Notes: generated by a model from the letters alone, not told the origin. Shown: positions 9,057 to 19,849, counted from the stretch's first letter. The stretch is 64,000 nucleotides of DNA from a bacterium (GCA_965249615.1 CBDFMI010000005.1:199462-263461); one strand, 5' to 3'. Translations and numbers: made by a program.

Positions 9057-9118
9057 GCCCCCATTAAGGGCGACATGGCGAAAATGAGAGCGGGAAAAGA
9101 CAGTCCGAAGAGGGTGGC

Positions 9119-9559
9119 ATGGGGCAGAAGGGGGGAGCGTCCGTCCGGCTGAGGGGGGCTCTCTTCCATGGGCTTGGGGCGGGGTCCGGTTTTACCGAGC
9201 TACCCTGGGCCAAGGAAAAGTTAAAGCAAATTTTAGGATTTGTCCCTCACCCGGGCACTCTCAACCTTCGCCTGGATCTCAAAGAAAACGCCGACCCCCT
9301 CTCTACCATCCGGTCCTCGCCGGGCCACCTCATGTCTCCTCCCCCCAATGATTCCTCCTGCGCCGCCCGCTGCTATCCGGCGACCATCGCTGGGCACATC
9401 CCCGGGGGCCTCGTGGTCCCCATGGTGGAAGGCTATGACGAGGACGTCTTAGAGCTTCTGGCCCCGGTCAATCTCCGCGAAACTTTAAATCTGGAAGAAG
9501 GAGACCTCGTCTGGGTGGAGGTCTTCTTAGAAGGAAAGCGGGGGATCCCCTTCGATTGA
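9119..9559 (+). CDS. ribK: CTP-dependent riboflavin kinase, archaeal type (MJ0056/DUF120 family)
   Basis: Motif ILGFVPHPGTLNLRLD and overall similarity to the archaeal RibK fold; 146 aa. Confidence 0.6.
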   Translation: MGQKGGASVRLRGALFHGLGAGSGFTELPWAKEKLKQILGFVPHPGTLNLRLDLKENADPLSTIRSSPGHLMSPPPNDSSCAARCYPATIAGHIPGGLVVPMVEGYDEDVLELLAPVNLRETLNLEEGDLVWVEVFLEGKRGIPFD

Positions 9560-9592
9560 GCTTTCGGGATTGCGGCTGGGGACGTCTTTCTC

Positions 9593-10825
9593 TCAGGCGG
9601 GGATGACGCCGGGCTTCTCCAGCGCTGCTTTTAGCTGCTGGAGAAAATCGGCGGCTGGCGCTCCGTCGATGATGCGGTGGTCAAAAGAGAGGCTGAGATA
9701 GAGGATGTCTCGGATGGCGATGTGGCCATCCATGGCGACCGGCGTCTTGGTGATCTTCCCAATCCCGAGAATGCAGGCGTCCGGCAGGTTGACAATGGGC
9801 GTGAACATCTGGATCCCATAAGCCCCGAGGTTCGTCGTCGTAAAGGTGCTCCCCTCGACATCTTCCAGTGCGAGCTTTCCTTCTCTGCCCCGGCGGGCGA
9901 GGTCTCGGGTCTCCCGAGCGATGGTCCCAAGGTCTTTTTGGTCGGCGTTTCGGATCACGGGGACGATGAGGCCCGCCTCGGTCTGGACGGCGACGCCTAT
10001 GTGGATATCCCCTAGAATCTGAATCACGTCCCCTTCAAGTCTTGCATTGACAGCGGGGAAACGGCGGATGGTCCTGGTGGTGTAGTGGGTGAGGAGGTCA
10101 TTGAATGAGATCTTTGTCCCATAGACCTTCTCCCAGAGGGCCTGATTCGTCTCCCGCATCCGGACAATCTCTGTCATATCCACGTCGATGATCTCGGTCA
10201 CCCGCGCCACCTGAGCCCAACTCTGGGCCATGCGCTCGGCGATCACCTTCCGGATCCCCGTGACGGGAATAGTCTTGGTTTTCCCGGCGGGGACGGGGGT
10301 CCCGCGGACCCCAGGGGGAGCCGCAGATTTTGTCTGGGCTGTTCGTTCGATGTCGGTTTTGACGATTCGGCCATTTGGGCCACTTCCCCGAATGGCTTTA
10401 TAGTCCACCCCCAGTTCTTGGGCGAGTTTCCGAGCGGCCGGTGAGATGGGAACCCTTCCTTCGCGGGAAGGGAGGGTTGCCTTGCTGGCCTCCGTGCCGG
10501 TGGGCGGGGAGGGAGTCTTGGCGGGCTCTGGAGGGGCAGCAGGGGAGGGCTTGACGGCCGTTGGGGGGGTAACTTTGGGGACCGCCTCGCCAGAGGCACC
10601 AATGAAGGCGATGGGTCCCCCTGTGGGGATCACCTCTCCCTCTTTGGCAAAGGTTTTCAGGACCGTTCCCGCGGAGGGGGCCTCCAATTCATACTCGATC
10701 TTGTCGGTCTGGATGGAAACGAGAGGGTCCCCTTTCCCGATGGTCTCGCCCTCTTGCTTGTGCCAACTCAGGATAGTCCCTTCCTCCATGGTTTGGCCGA
10801 GTTTGGGCATAGTGATCTGCGTTGC
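9593..10825 (-). CDS. Dihydrolipoamide acyltransferase (E2) of pyruvate/2-oxoacid dehydrogenase complex
   Basis: Lipoyl domain (MPKLGQTMEEGTI ... IQTDKIEYELEAP), Ala/Pro linker, PSBD (ISPAARKLAQELGVD), catalytic domain with DHRIIDGA. Start taken at MATQITMP. Confidence 0.85.
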   Translation of the reverse strand, partial: ATQITMPKLGQTMEEGTILSWHKQEGETIGKGDPLVSIQTDKIEYELEAPSAGTVLKTFAKEGEVIPTGGPIAFIGASGEAVPKVTPPTAVKPSPAAPPEPAKTPSPPTGTEASKATLPSREGRVPISPAARKLAQELGVDYKAIRGSGPNGRIVKTDIERTAQTKSAAPPGVRGTPVPAGKTKTIPVTGIRKVIAERMAQSWAQVARVTEIIDVDMTEIVRMRETNQALWEKVYGTKISFNDLLTHYTTRTIRRFPAVNARLEGDVIQILGDIHIGVAVQTEAGLIVPVIRNADQKDLGTIARETRDLARRGREGKLALEDVEGSTFTTTNLGAYGIQMFTPIVNLPDACILGIGKITKTPVAMDGHIAIRDILYLSLSFDHRIIDGAPAADFLQQLKAALEKPGVIPA

Positions 10826-11246
10826 CATCCTCGAAAACCTCCTCTTATCAGCCCACGGGGAAAGGCGTTTCCGTTGAGAAAAGACCTTTTGCATCCTAGC
10901 ATGGGAAGGCGTGTTGTCAACCTCGAACCCTTGCAGTATCGGGCCTTGTGGGGGGGGAGGCGGCCTGTCGCCCTGACCTTGACGCACGCAGATAGGGGAT
11001 ATAACTTTGTTCTAAAGGAGAAGGTGGTTTCTCGGCGGATATGGGCTGGCAAAGAGCTGATGCGGGTATTTAGAAGGCAGGAGATCGAGGGGGCAATTTT
11101 AGTCGCCTGCGCCTTCGTCAGCGTTTTCTTTGGGCTCAAAGTGGGTGACTTGAATTACAAGCTCTTCCTCTTTCTCCTGGCGGGTGTCTTCGCCCTCGCC
11201 ATTTTCCGCCCGAAACACTCTCCGTAAAGAGGATCGTGGTTGGCTT

Positions 11247-11323
11247 GGCGGTGTAGCTCAGCTGGTTAGAGCATGCGGCTCATATCCGCAGAGTCCGGGG
11301 TTCGAATCCCTGCACCGCCACCA
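11247..11323 (+). tRNA. tRNA with CAT anticodon (elongator Met or lysidine-modified Ile2), with CCA
   Basis: Cloverleaf: GGCGGTG acceptor, D-loop AGCTCAGCTGGTTAGAGC, anticodon stem TGCGG/CCGCA with loop CTCATAT, T-arm GGGGTTCGAATCCCT, 3' CACCGCCACCA. Confidence 0.85.
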
Positions 11324-11394
11324 TTTCATTCCTCTTGAACGAGGCAGGCTCAGCGAAGGCCCCTCGGATGAGCCCTTTTAAGAGGGCCAAGGTG

Positions 11395-12792
11395 ATGCAT
11401 CCCTTCCTGAAAAGTTTTTCCCGCACCCTCGAGAGACATGAGATGGTTCGCCCAGGGGAGCGGGTCCTCGTCGGGGTCTCGGGAGGGCCTGACTCCGTCT
11501 CCCTCCTGCACGGTCTTCTTCACCTCGACCTTTCCCTTGAGCTTCGGATCCTTCATATCCACCATGGCCTTCGAGGAGCCGAGGCCGACGAGGAAGCCAA
11601 GTGGGTGGAGAATCTCGGGGCCCGCCTGGGTGTGCCCTGCACCGTGAGAAAGATCGAGCCCGGGTCTCTTGTGACGCCGGGGTTTTCCCTTCAGATGGCG
11701 GCCCGAAGCAGGCGCTATGAGATCTTCCGTGAGGAGGTCGAGCGCCAGGGGGCTCATCGCCTGGCCCTCGGCCACACCGCCGACGACCGGGCTGAGACGC
11801 TCCTCATGGGACTCCTTCGGGGTGCCGGCTTGAAAGGGCTTTCCGGGATTCCTCCTGTGCGGGAGGGTTGGGTCATCCGGCCCCTTTTGGAGACGACCAG
11901 AAGTCTCATCGAAGGGTTTCTCTCGAGCGAGGGGATCCCCTTCCTTCAAGACCCCTCCAACCTTCGTCAGGAATATCTTCGAAATTGTATTCGCCACCGC
12001 CTCCTCCCGGACCTCGAGGCCTCCTATAATCCACGGCTTCGAGAGACCCTCGCCCGGACAGCTGAACGGCTTTGGGCGGAGGATGAGTGGATGGAGGCCG
12101 AGACATCCCGCGCCCTGGACCGACTTCTCGTCCGATGGCCGCAAGGGGAGGTGGCCCTTCCTGTCGGGGCTTTAGCGGAGACCCATCTGGCCCTTCGACG
12201 ACGCTTGGTCCTGAAAATCTTGACGGACATGGGGGCTCCTGCCGCCCGCATCCGATCGGTCCACGTCGAGGTCCTCTTGGAGAGTCTTTGCCGCTGGAGC
12301 GGGGAGCGTCGATTTCGACTCCCCGGGGGTTTTAGCGTCACTCGAGATCGACACTGGCTCATCTTTCGCCGGGGCGCCGAGCCACCCCGACCTTCAGCCG
12401 AGGTCCCCCTTCAGATCCCGGGACGGACCGCCCTTGAGCCTTGGGGTCTCACCCTCTCGGCCCAAGTCTTCGACCGCGGGGACAAAAGCCCCTTTGAGAC
12501 GGACCCCCTTCGAGCCTGGTTCGATCTCGGGAGCGTGGGGGGAGATCTCCTCGTCCGGTCTCGAAGACCAGGAGATCGTTTCCGGCCCTTGGGGCTCTCG
12601 GGGACGAAGAAACTGAAGGATTTTTTCATTGACGCCAGAATCCCCCGGCGAGAAAGAGACACCATCCCCCTTCTCGTCGTCGGGGAACAGATTCTTTGGA
12701 TCATTGGCCATCGTCTTGGGAAAGGGGCCGAAATTTCGGCGGAAACTAAGGCCGTTTTGGCGCTTGAGGTGGTGGAAAAGGGAAAGGCCTGA
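11395..12792 (+). CDS. tilS: tRNA(Ile)-lysidine synthetase
   Basis: PP-loop VLVGVSGGPDS, TilS N- and C-domains; followed by ftsH as in the conserved tilS-ftsH arrangement. Confidence 0.8.
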   Translation: MHPFLKSFSRTLERHEMVRPGERVLVGVSGGPDSVSLLHGLLHLDLSLELRILHIHHGLRGAEADEEAKWVENLGARLGVPCTVRKIEPGSLVTPGFSLQMAARSRRYEIFREEVERQGAHRLALGHTADDRAETLLMGLLRGAGLKGLSGIPPVREGWVIRPLLETTRSLIEGFLSSEGIPFLQDPSNLRQEYLRNCIRHRLLPDLEASYNPRLRETLARTAERLWAEDEWMEAETSRALDRLLVRWPQGEVALPVGALAETHLALRRRLVLKILTDMGAPAARIRSVHVEVLLESLCRWSGERRFRLPGGFSVTRDRHWLIFRRGAEPPRPSAEVPLQIPGRTALEPWGLTLSAQVFDRGDKSPFETDPLRAWFDLGSVGGDLLVRSRRPGDRFRPLGLSGTKKLKDFFIDARIPRRERDTIPLLVVGEQILWIIGHRLGKGAEISAETKAVLALEVVEKGKA

Positions 12793-12909
12793 AGAGGGTT
12801 TCGGAGAAAAGTTCTTGAATTTGCGCCATGATTTGCTTAACTTTTTAAGTGGGAAAGGAAATTCCCTGAGACTCTGTCGCGTTCGACCTCGAAAGAGGAG
12901 AGAGGTGTC

Positions 12910-14835
12910 TTGAACCAATTCTATAGAAACTTGGCCCTCTGGCTCGTAATCGGGCTGATGATGGTGTTTGTCTTCCAGCTTTTCAGTGCCCGTCGGCCGC
13001 CCGAGACGGAGGTCATCTTTAGCCAGTTTGTCCAGGACGTGGAGGAGGGGCGCATCCTGGAGGTGACGATCCAGGGGAACAATATCCGCGGTCAATTCGC
13101 TGACGGTGGTGCCTTCAGGACTTTTGCTCCGGAAGACCCCGAGCTTATTTCGATCTTGCGAGCGAAGAGCGTCAGCATTCGGGCGGAGCCTCCTCAGCAG
13201 AACGCTTGGTATACGAACCTCCTCCTCTCGTGGTTCCCGATGTTGATCCTCCTCGGCATCTGGGTCTTTTTCATGCGTCAGATGCAGGCCGGTGGGAGCA
13301 AGGCGCTCTCTTTTGGCAAGAGTAAGGCACGCCTTCTCTCAGACCAGAAGAAGAAGGCCACCTTCCAGGATGTGGCGGGCGTCGAGGAAGCGAAAGAAGA
13401 GCTTCAGGAGATCATCGAGTTTCTGAGGGAGCCCCAAAAGTTCCAGGAGCTTGGAGGAAAGATCCCGAAGGGGGTCCTCCTGGTCGGTCCCCCGGGGACG
13501 GGAAAGACCCTTTTGGCCCGGGCGATTGCCGGTGAGGCGGGTGTGCCTTTCTTCAGCATCAGCGGCTCGGACTTTGTGGAAATGTTCGTGGGCGTGGGTG
13601 CCTCCCGCGTCCGTGACCTCTTCGAACAGGGTAAGAAACACGCCCCTTGCATCATCTTCGTTGACGAGATCGATGCTGTCGGCCGACATCGCGGGGCGGG
13701 GCTCGGGGGCGGCCATGACGAAAGAGAGCAGACCCTGAACCAGCTCCTTGTCGAGATGGACGGTTTTGAGTCGAACGAAGGGGTTATCCTCATTGCTGCC
13801 ACCAATCGCCCCGACGTCCTGGACCCGGCCCTCATGCGTCCGGGGCGTTTCGACCGCCAAGTGGTGGTTCCCCTTCCGGACCTTCGGGGCCGGGAGGAGA
13901 TCCTCAAGGTTCATAGTAGGAAGGTCCGCGTTGGAGAATCGGTGAACCTCGGAGTGATCTCCCGGGGAACGCCGGGCTTCTCAGGGGCCGATCTTGCCAA
14001 CCTCGTGAACGAGGCGGCCCTTTTCGCCGCTCGGATGGGGAAGAAGGCGGTCGGCATGTCCGACTTTGAGAACGCCAAGGACCGGGTCATGATGGGCGCC
14101 GAGCGCAAGAGCATGATAGTCAGCGACGACGACAAGCAGAAGATCGCTTTTCACGAGTCGGGGCATACGCTGGTGTCCAAGCTCATCCCTGGAACGGATC
14201 CGATCCACAAAGTGACCATCATCCCGCGGGGGCTGGCCCTTGGCCTGATGCAGCCCCTTCCGGAGGAGAAATACACCCACTCCAAGACGTATCTGCTGAG
14301 CCAGTTGGCCGTTTATATGGGCGGCCGAGCTGCTGAGGAGATCGTCTTCGGTGAGGGGGAGATGACCACTGGGGCGGCCAACGACATTGAGAAGGCCACG
14401 GACCTCGCGCGAAAGATGGTCTGTGAGTTCGGCATGAGCGATAGGTTGGGGCCTCTGGCCTTCGGGAAGAAGGACGAACATATCTTCCTCGGCCGCGAGT
14501 TCTCCCGCCACAAAGATTTTAGCGAGCGGACGGCCATCCAGATTGATGAAGAGATTACCCTGATGGTCTCAGAGAATTATGACCGGGCCAGGAAGCTCCT
14601 CGCTGAAAATCGGGACAAGCTTGACACCCTCGCCCACGCACTTCTTGAAAAGGAGTCTTTGGACGGGGCAGATGTGGACACCCTCTTCGAAAAGGGCTTT
14701 TTGCCCGCGTCCAAGCCCGTCGTCGAGGAGACCCCGCCCGACACCCCGGCCCCCGATGCCCAGCAGGAGAAAACGGACGTCGTCCCACGCTCTCAGGTCT
14801 CCGGCCCTCCCCCTCCCAGGGAGCAGCCGGCTTAG
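12910..14835 (+). CDS. ftsH: ATP-dependent zinc metalloprotease FtsH
   Basis: Two N-terminal TMs, AAA motif [22 protein letters not shown], Zn site HESGHTL; 641 aa. Confidence 0.95.
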   Translation: MNQFYRNLALWLVIGLMMVFVFQLFSARRPPETEVIFSQFVQDVEEGRILEVTIQGNNIRGQFADGGAFRTFAPEDPELISILRAKSVSIRAEPPQQNAWYTNLLLSWFPMLILLGIWVFFMRQMQAGGSKALSFGKSKARLLSDQKKKATFQDVAGVEEAKEELQEIIEFLREPQKFQELGGKIPKGVLLVGPPGTGKTLLARAIAGEAGVPFFSISGSDFVEMFVGVGASRVRDLFEQGKKHAPCIIFVDEIDAVGRHRGAGLGGGHDEREQTLNQLLVEMDGFESNEGVILIAATNRPDVLDPALMRPGRFDRQVVVPLPDLRGREEILKVHSRKVRVGESVNLGVISRGTPGFSGADLANLVNEAALFAARMGKKAVGMSDFENAKDRVMMGAERKSMIVSDDDKQKIAFHESGHTLVSKLIPGTDPIHKVTIIPRGLALGLMQPLPEEKYTHSKTYLLSQLAVYMGGRAAEEIVFGEGEMTTGAANDIEKATDLARKMVCEFGMSDRLGPLAFGKKDEHIFLGREFSRHKDFSERTAIQIDEEITLMVSENYDRARKLLAENRDKLDTLAHALLEKESLDGADVDTLFEKGFLPASKPVVEETPPDTPAPDAQQEKTDVVPRSQVSGPPPPREQPA

Positions 14836-15018
14836 AAGACCGAGGAGCTCTGGGCGAAGGAGGCTCGGCGATGGGCCCGAGGCTGACGCTCAGGCTCCCT
14901 AGAAACTCATCCCCTCCAAAGCTGGTTACTGATTCCCTCCGCCTGTGGCGGATCTCTCGCTTCCCTTTTGGGCACTCCCGGCCCAAGCGGTTCGAGGGGG
15001 CCCCTTGAGGAAGACGTG

Positions 15019-15753
15019 ATGGTTGATCTTTGTGTGAACGTGGACCATGTGGCCACTCTCCGTCAGGCCCGAAGGGGAGTCGAGCCCGACCCCATTGCGG
15101 TGGCCCTCCAAGCTGAGATGGCTGGGGCGGTGGGGATTACGGTTCACTTGAGAGAGGACCGGCGCCACATCCAGGAGCGAGACCTTCGCCTCCTTCGAGA
15201 AGTGGTCCGGGGGAAGCTGAATTTGGAGATGGCCCCGGTGGAGGAAATGAAGGTTATTGCCATCGAGGTTCGACCGGATCAGGTGACCTTGGTCCCCGAG
15301 CGGCGGCAGGAACTGACGACTGAGGGGGGGGTTGATGCCCACCGTCTGAAGGGGTCTCTGGAGGGTTTTGTCCCGGCACTTCGGGACGCGGGTCTTCTGG
15401 TGAGCCTTTTCATTGACCCCGCCGAACCTCAGATCAAGGCGGCCAAGGAGCTGGGCGTTGACTCCGTTGAGATCAATACAGCCCGCTACTCCGAGGCCCG
15501 CAAGCCTGCCGACATCGACCGGGAGTTTGCGCAGCTCCAGAAGGCCGTTGAGGAAGGCAGGGCTGCTGGACTCGGCGTCCACGCCGGCCACGGACTCGAT
15601 TACTTCAACACGGGCCGAGTGGCGGCGCTTTCCCGGATCTCGGAACTCAACATCGGTTATAGCATTGTTTCCCGCTCGCTCTTTGTGGGGGTGGAGCGGG
15701 CAGTCCGGGAGATGGTGGGAATACTCAGACAAACGGCTGCGGACGGAGGCTGA
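15019..15753 (+). CDS. pdxJ: Pyridoxine 5'-phosphate synthase
   Basis: VNVDHVATLRQARR ... typical PdxJ TIM barrel. Confidence 0.9.
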   Translation: MVDLCVNVDHVATLRQARRGVEPDPIAVALQAEMAGAVGITVHLREDRRHIQERDLRLLREVVRGKLNLEMAPVEEMKVIAIEVRPDQVTLVPERRQELTTEGGVDAHRLKGSLEGFVPALRDAGLLVSLFIDPAEPQIKAAKELGVDSVEINTARYSEARKPADIDREFAQLQKAVEEGRAAGLGVHAGHGLDYFNTGRVAALSRISELNIGYSIVSRSLFVGVERAVREMVGILRQTAADGG

Positions 15754-15754
15754 A

Positions 15755-17317
15755 ATGCTGACACCGGTTGCCACGGCGGCAGAGATGGCGGCCATCGACC
15801 AGCGGACCATCGAGGAGTTCGGCCTCCCGGGGGTGTGCCTCATGGAGAACGCCGGAACCCGAGTGGTCGAGGCCATGAAGGCCCGCTACGGTGACCTCCG
15901 AGGCCGCCCGATCCGGCTCCTGGCCGGGAAGGGGAATAACGGCGGGGACGCCTTTGTGGCGGCTCGCCACTTGGCAAATCTGGGGGCCGACGTTGCCGTC
16001 TACCTGCTTTGTGCCTTCGACGACGCTCGAGGAGATGCCCGAATCCACCTGGAGGTCCTGCGGCGGATGGAGGTACCCCTTCACCCTGTCACGAATGAAG
16101 AGGAGGTCCGAAAGGCCTTCCAAAAACACGAGGAGGCCATTTGGGTAGATGGGGTCTTTGGAACCGGCCTCGACTCGGAGCCTCGCGGCCACATTGCAGA
16201 GGCCCTCTTCGTCCTTGGGTCAAAGACGGTCCCCATCGTCGCCATCGACATCCCCTCGGGAGTCCACGCTGATACGGGAAGAGCCTTTCGGGGGGCACTG
16301 AGGGCCGACCTGACGGTGACCTTCGGCCTGCCCAAGCGGGGCCAACTCCTCTACCCCGGGGCGGAGCATGTGGGGGAGTTCGTCGTCGCCGACATCGGGA
16401 TTCCCGCGGAGGCGGTCAAGGCCCAGGGGATCACCACCTATCTCCTCGACGCCCCTGACGTGAGGGCCCTCTTTCCGCCGGTTTCACCGAACGCCCATAA
16501 GGGGACCTTTGGTCACGTCTTGGTCGTCGCCGGGTCTGTAGGAAAAATGGGGGCGGCCCATCTTGCGACCTCGGCGGTCCTTCGCATGGGAGGGGGACTT
16601 GTGACCCTGGCCCACCCAAAAGATGCTGAAGCCCTGAGTTCGGCACCTGCCGAGGCGATGACGCTTCCCCTTCCCGCGACGACTGATGGGACCATCGCCA
16701 AGGAGGGGGTGGGGCGTGTTTTGGAGATGGCCGAGCGGGTGGATGCCGTTGTCCTCGGCCCCGGCCTGACTACCCAGGATGAAACCGTCTCTTTTGTGAA
16801 GGAGTTGGTGACAAGATGCTCACGGCCGATGGTGGTGGACGCTGACGGCCTGAACGGCCTCGCCCAGGGTTTTGAGGGATGGAGTTCCCTTCCCGCTCCC
16901 CGCTGTCTCACCCCCCACCCGGGGGAGATGGGGCGTCTTGTGGGGGTGGAGACGGGGGAAGTCCAGGCCGACCGGGTGGAGACCTGCCGGGCTTTTTCGC
17001 GCTCCCGGGGGGTTTTTATGGTCCTCAAAGGGGCAAGGACCCTGATCGCCACCCCTCAGGGAGAGGTCTTTTTCAATCCCACGGGGAACCCGGGCCTGGC
17101 CACAGGGGGGAGCGGCGATGTCCTGGCCGGTGCCATCGGGGCCCTCTTGGGTCAGGGGCTTTCGCCCAAAGAGGCCCTCATCGTCGGGGTCTACACGCAT
17201 GGGCTTGCAGGAGACCTGGGGGCCAAGGAGGTGGGCGTGCGGGGTCTTTTGGCCTCGGATGTCTTGGACCGACTGCCGACTGCTCGACAGGCCCTCCTCG
17301 AGTCCTCAAAGGGATAG
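15755..17317 (+). CDS. nnr: Bifunctional NAD(P)H-hydrate epimerase/dehydratase (YjeF N- and C-terminal domains)
   Basis: ATG 2 nt after the pdxJ stop. YjeF-N (LAGKGNNGGDAFVAARHL) plus carbohydrate-kinase-like C-domain (GGSGDVLAG). Confidence 0.85.
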   Translation: MLTPVATAAEMAAIDQRTIEEFGLPGVCLMENAGTRVVEAMKARYGDLRGRPIRLLAGKGNNGGDAFVAARHLANLGADVAVYLLCAFDDARGDARIHLEVLRRMEVPLHPVTNEEEVRKAFQKHEEAIWVDGVFGTGLDSEPRGHIAEALFVLGSKTVPIVAIDIPSGVHADTGRAFRGALRADLTVTFGLPKRGQLLYPGAEHVGEFVVADIGIPAEAVKAQGITTYLLDAPDVRALFPPVSPNAHKGTFGHVLVVAGSVGKMGAAHLATSAVLRMGGGLVTLAHPKDAEALSSAPAEAMTLPLPATTDGTIAKEGVGRVLEMAERVDAVVLGPGLTTQDETVSFVKELVTRCSRPMVVDADGLNGLAQGFEGWSSLPAPRCLTPHPGEMGRLVGVETGEVQADRVETCRAFSRSRGVFMVLKGARTLIATPQGEVFFNPTGNPGLATGGSGDVLAGAIGALLGQGLSPKEALIVGVYTHGLAGDLGAKEVGVRGLLASDVLDRLPTARQALLESSKG

Positions 17318-17358
17318 GGGCTGGCTTGCGCTGGAAGCTGAAATCCCGGGGTCCTCAA

Positions 17359-17823
17359 ATGACCCGTCGGCTCGGAGTTCTTCTTGGGGAGAATCTCTTT
17401 GGCGGGGCGGCCATCTGCCTCTCGGGGGATCTGGGGGCGGGGAAGACGCTCCTGACCCTCGGAATCATGGAAGGCCTTCGCGGAGACATCTCTGGGGTTC
17501 GAAGTCCCTCATTTACACTCATTAATCACTACCCTGCTCCTATTGAGGTCTTCCACGTGGATCTCTATCGGCTCTCGGACCGGGAGGAGGTGGGGGGACT
17601 GGGTCTCGAGGAGCTCTTCGAGGCGTCGGGTGTCGTGGTCGTCGAATGGGCTGAGAAGCTAGGGGAGATGGCCCCGGCGGAAAGTTTGAAGGTCCAGCTT
17701 CAGGTCACGGGTCCCCTGGAGCGAGAGATATCCTGGGAGACTCGCGGTGAAGCGTACGAGGCTCTCCTGACCCGAGTTCGAGGGGCATGGATCCCTTCCC
17801 GGGCCCATGAGAAGGGGCGGTAA
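17359..17823 (+). CDS. tsaE: tRNA threonylcarbamoyladenosine biosynthesis protein TsaE
   Basis: P-loop GDLGAGKT ... SPSFTLINHY, YjeE family, 155 aa. Confidence 0.8.
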   Translation: MTRRLGVLLGENLFGGAAICLSGDLGAGKTLLTLGIMEGLRGDISGVRSPSFTLINHYPAPIEVFHVDLYRLSDREEVGGLGLEELFEASGVVVVEWAEKLGEMAPAESLKVQLQVTGPLEREISWETRGEAYEALLTRVRGAWIPSRAHEKGR

Positions 17824-17892
17824 GGCATCTTTTCACTTTACAGTTATCAAAATCTGTGCCATATTTGTCCCCGTCTATAAGGAGGGGGACGT

Positions 17893-18459
17893 ATGGCCTT
17901 TTGGAAAAATTTTCGACTATGGCTTCTCCTGCTCATAGTCTTCACGTCCGCCGCAGTCGGTTTTTTCGTGGCCACCAATTGGCAGGAGAAGACCCTACCC
18001 AAACGCTTTCATCTCTCCGGGACAGATGCAGACCTTCGTCTCCAGGATGTCTTCCTCCTGGAGGACAAGAAGGGGTTGAAGGCCTGGGAGCTCAAGGCCA
18101 AGTGGGCCAAGATGTATAGGGAGGCTGGAAAGACCTTCTTTGAGGACATACACGTGGTTGTCTTCGTCGAGGACCGCGAGCCCGTTCATATCACGGCCCT
18201 GCGGGCGGAGATGGACAATGAAAGTCGAGACCTCACGATAGAGGGCAATGTGGAGGTGGTCTCAGAAGAGGGCTACTCCCTCAGAACTGAACGGCTCAGG
18301 TGGTTTTCCGACAAGCGGGAAATAGTGACCGAGGCCCCTGTGATGGCTGCGGGCAAAGATATCCAGATCTCGGGTAGGGGGCTGAGGGCCCACATCGACA
18401 ACCAATTGCTCTGGCTGGACAACCGTGTTACGGCCCAGCTGATCCCGAGAAGCAGGTAG
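17893..18459 (+). CDS. lptC: LPS export protein LptC
   Basis: N-terminal TM anchor plus LptC-like β-jellyroll. Position immediately upstream of lptA-lptB-rpoN. Confidence 0.65.
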   Translation: MAFWKNFRLWLLLLIVFTSAAVGFFVATNWQEKTLPKRFHLSGTDADLRLQDVFLLEDKKGLKAWELKAKWAKMYREAGKTFFEDIHVVVFVEDREPVHITALRAEMDNESRDLTIEGNVEVVSEEGYSLRTERLRWFSDKREIVTEAPVMAAGKDIQISGRGLRAHIDNQLLWLDNRVTAQLIPRSR

Positions 18460-18474
18460 GTACCCCCGTAGAGC

Positions 18475-19161
18475 GTGGAGGAAAAAACCGTGGGGCTGAA
18501 CCGTTGGCCAAAGACCTGGGCGTTTGTGGCCGGGGTGACGATGGCTTGGACCCTGGGAGGGCTGATGACCCTGGCAGGGGCCCAGTCGTTGAGAGAGGGC
18601 TCGTTGAGGGAGGGCATTGAGGGCCCCATTCCCATTTATATCGTCTCAGACCGCATGGAGGCCGATAACAAGAACCAGTGGGTCTACTTCATTGGCAATG
18701 TGACGGCCACCCGGGGGGCAATGACGCTCCACAGTGACCGGCTGGAGATTTATCGAAATGAGGAAAAGGACCAGATCGACCGAATCGAGGCCATCGGTCA
18801 CGTGGACATCAACCACCAAGGCAAGTTCGCCACCGGCGAAAAGGCGATTTTTCATGAGGCCGATCAGAGTTTGGTTCTGACGGGAAACCCGAAGGCCTGG
18901 GAAGACAGTAATATCATCACCGGCGAAAAGATGATCTTCTATTTAGATAGCGACCGGGTCGTGGTAGAGGGCAACGAGAGCAAGCGGGTAGACGTGGTTC
19001 TCTACCCTGATGGGGAGGACAACCGATATATCCGAACTAGTCCCGCCCGTCGCGAAACCCCCAGCCCAGAAGAAAACGGAGTCGGAGGAGTCGAAGACGA
19101 TGGCACCTCCGAACTCCCGGCTGGCGGTCCAGGGGCTGGTGAAGTCTTATCGACGCCGTAG
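18475..19161 (+). CDS. lptA: LPS export periplasmic protein LptA (OstA-N fold)
   Basis: Signal peptide, OstA-like domain ([31 protein letters not shown] ...). The C-terminal tail overlaps the lptB start. Confidence 0.7.
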   Translation: MEEKTVGLNRWPKTWAFVAGVTMAWTLGGLMTLAGAQSLREGSLREGIEGPIPIYIVSDRMEADNKNQWVYFIGNVTATRGAMTLHSDRLEIYRNEEKDQIDRIEAIGHVDINHQGKFATGEKAIFHEADQSLVLTGNPKAWEDSNIITGEKMIFYLDSDRVVVEGNESKRVDVVLYPDGEDNRYIRTSPARRETPSPEENGVGGVEDDGTSELPAGGPGAGEVLSTP

Positions 19162-19837
19162 GGTTGTTGATGAGGTTAGCCTGGACGTTCGCCCGGGGGA
19201 GATCGTGGGCCTCCTGGGGCCAAATGGCGCGGGTAAGACCACCACCTTCTACATGATCGTAGGGCTCATCCGGCCCGACGATGGACAGGTGATGCTGAAC
19301 GGGGCAGACGTTACCCATCTGCCCATGTACAAACGGGCGAGGCTCGGAGTCGGGTATCTTCCGCAAGAGCCCTCGGTCTTCAGAAAGCTCACCGTCGAAG
19401 AGAACATCCTGGCCATCCTGGAGACAAACGGGGGTTACGGGCGCGAGGCCAGGAAAAAGCGGGCCCGAGCTCTCATGGAAGAGCTCAATATCTACCACAT
19501 CCGCCGCTCCAAGGGCTTTTCCCTCTCAGGGGGAGAGCGGCGTCGGGTGGAGATCTCAAGGGCCCTGGCCACCTCGCCCTCCTTCATCCTTCTGGACGAG
19601 CCCTTCGCCGGGATCGACCCCATCGTCGTCATTGACATCCAGAACATGGTGACCCAGTTGCGAGATCGCGGGATCGGGGTCCTCGTGACGGACCACAATG
19701 TCCGGGAGACCCTGCGGATCGTGGATAGGGCCTACATTATCAACGAGGGCGAGATCCTGGAGAGCGGGAAACCGGAGGCTATTGCCCAGAGCAAACGGGC
19801 CCGTCAGCTCTATCTGGGGGAACGTTTTTCCCTGTAA
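19100..19837 (+). CDS. lptB: LPS export ABC transporter ATPase LptB
   Basis: Walker [10 protein letters not shown], signature [11 protein letters not shown], Walker [12 protein letters not shown] at 19100 chosen; GTG at about 19139 is an alternative start. Confidence 0.9.
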   Translation: MAPPNSRLAVQGLVKSYRRRRVVDEVSLDVRPGEIVGLLGPNGAGKTTTFYMIVGLIRPDDGQVMLNGADVTHLPMYKRARLGVGYLPQEPSVFRKLTVEENILAILETNGGYGREARKKRARALMEELNIYHIRRSKGFSLSGGERRRVEISRALATSPSFILLDEPFAGIDPIVVIDIQNMVTQLRDRGIGVLVTDHNVRETLRIVDRAYIINEGEILESGKPEAIAQSKRARQLYLGERFSL

Positions 19838-19849
19838 GGGAGCCTCTTC

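Noticed and set aside
9593-10987. Longer E2 ORF starting at 10987 (MRQGQGDRPPPPP...)
   Set aside because: The lipoyl domain starts at MATQITMPKLG (10825). The upstream 54 codons are Pro/Arg-rich non-homologous sequence.
12394-13095. 233-aa minus-strand ORF spanning the tilS 3' end and the ftsH 5' end
   Set aside because: Overlaps two strongly supported genes on the opposite strand. Low-complexity composition.
15413-15754. 5' extension of the nnr ORF (listed as starting at 15413) overlapping pdxJ
   Set aside because: The extension is Pro/Ser/Arg-rich and overlaps pdxJ in another frame. The true nnr start is the ATG at 15755, 2 nt after the pdxJ stop.
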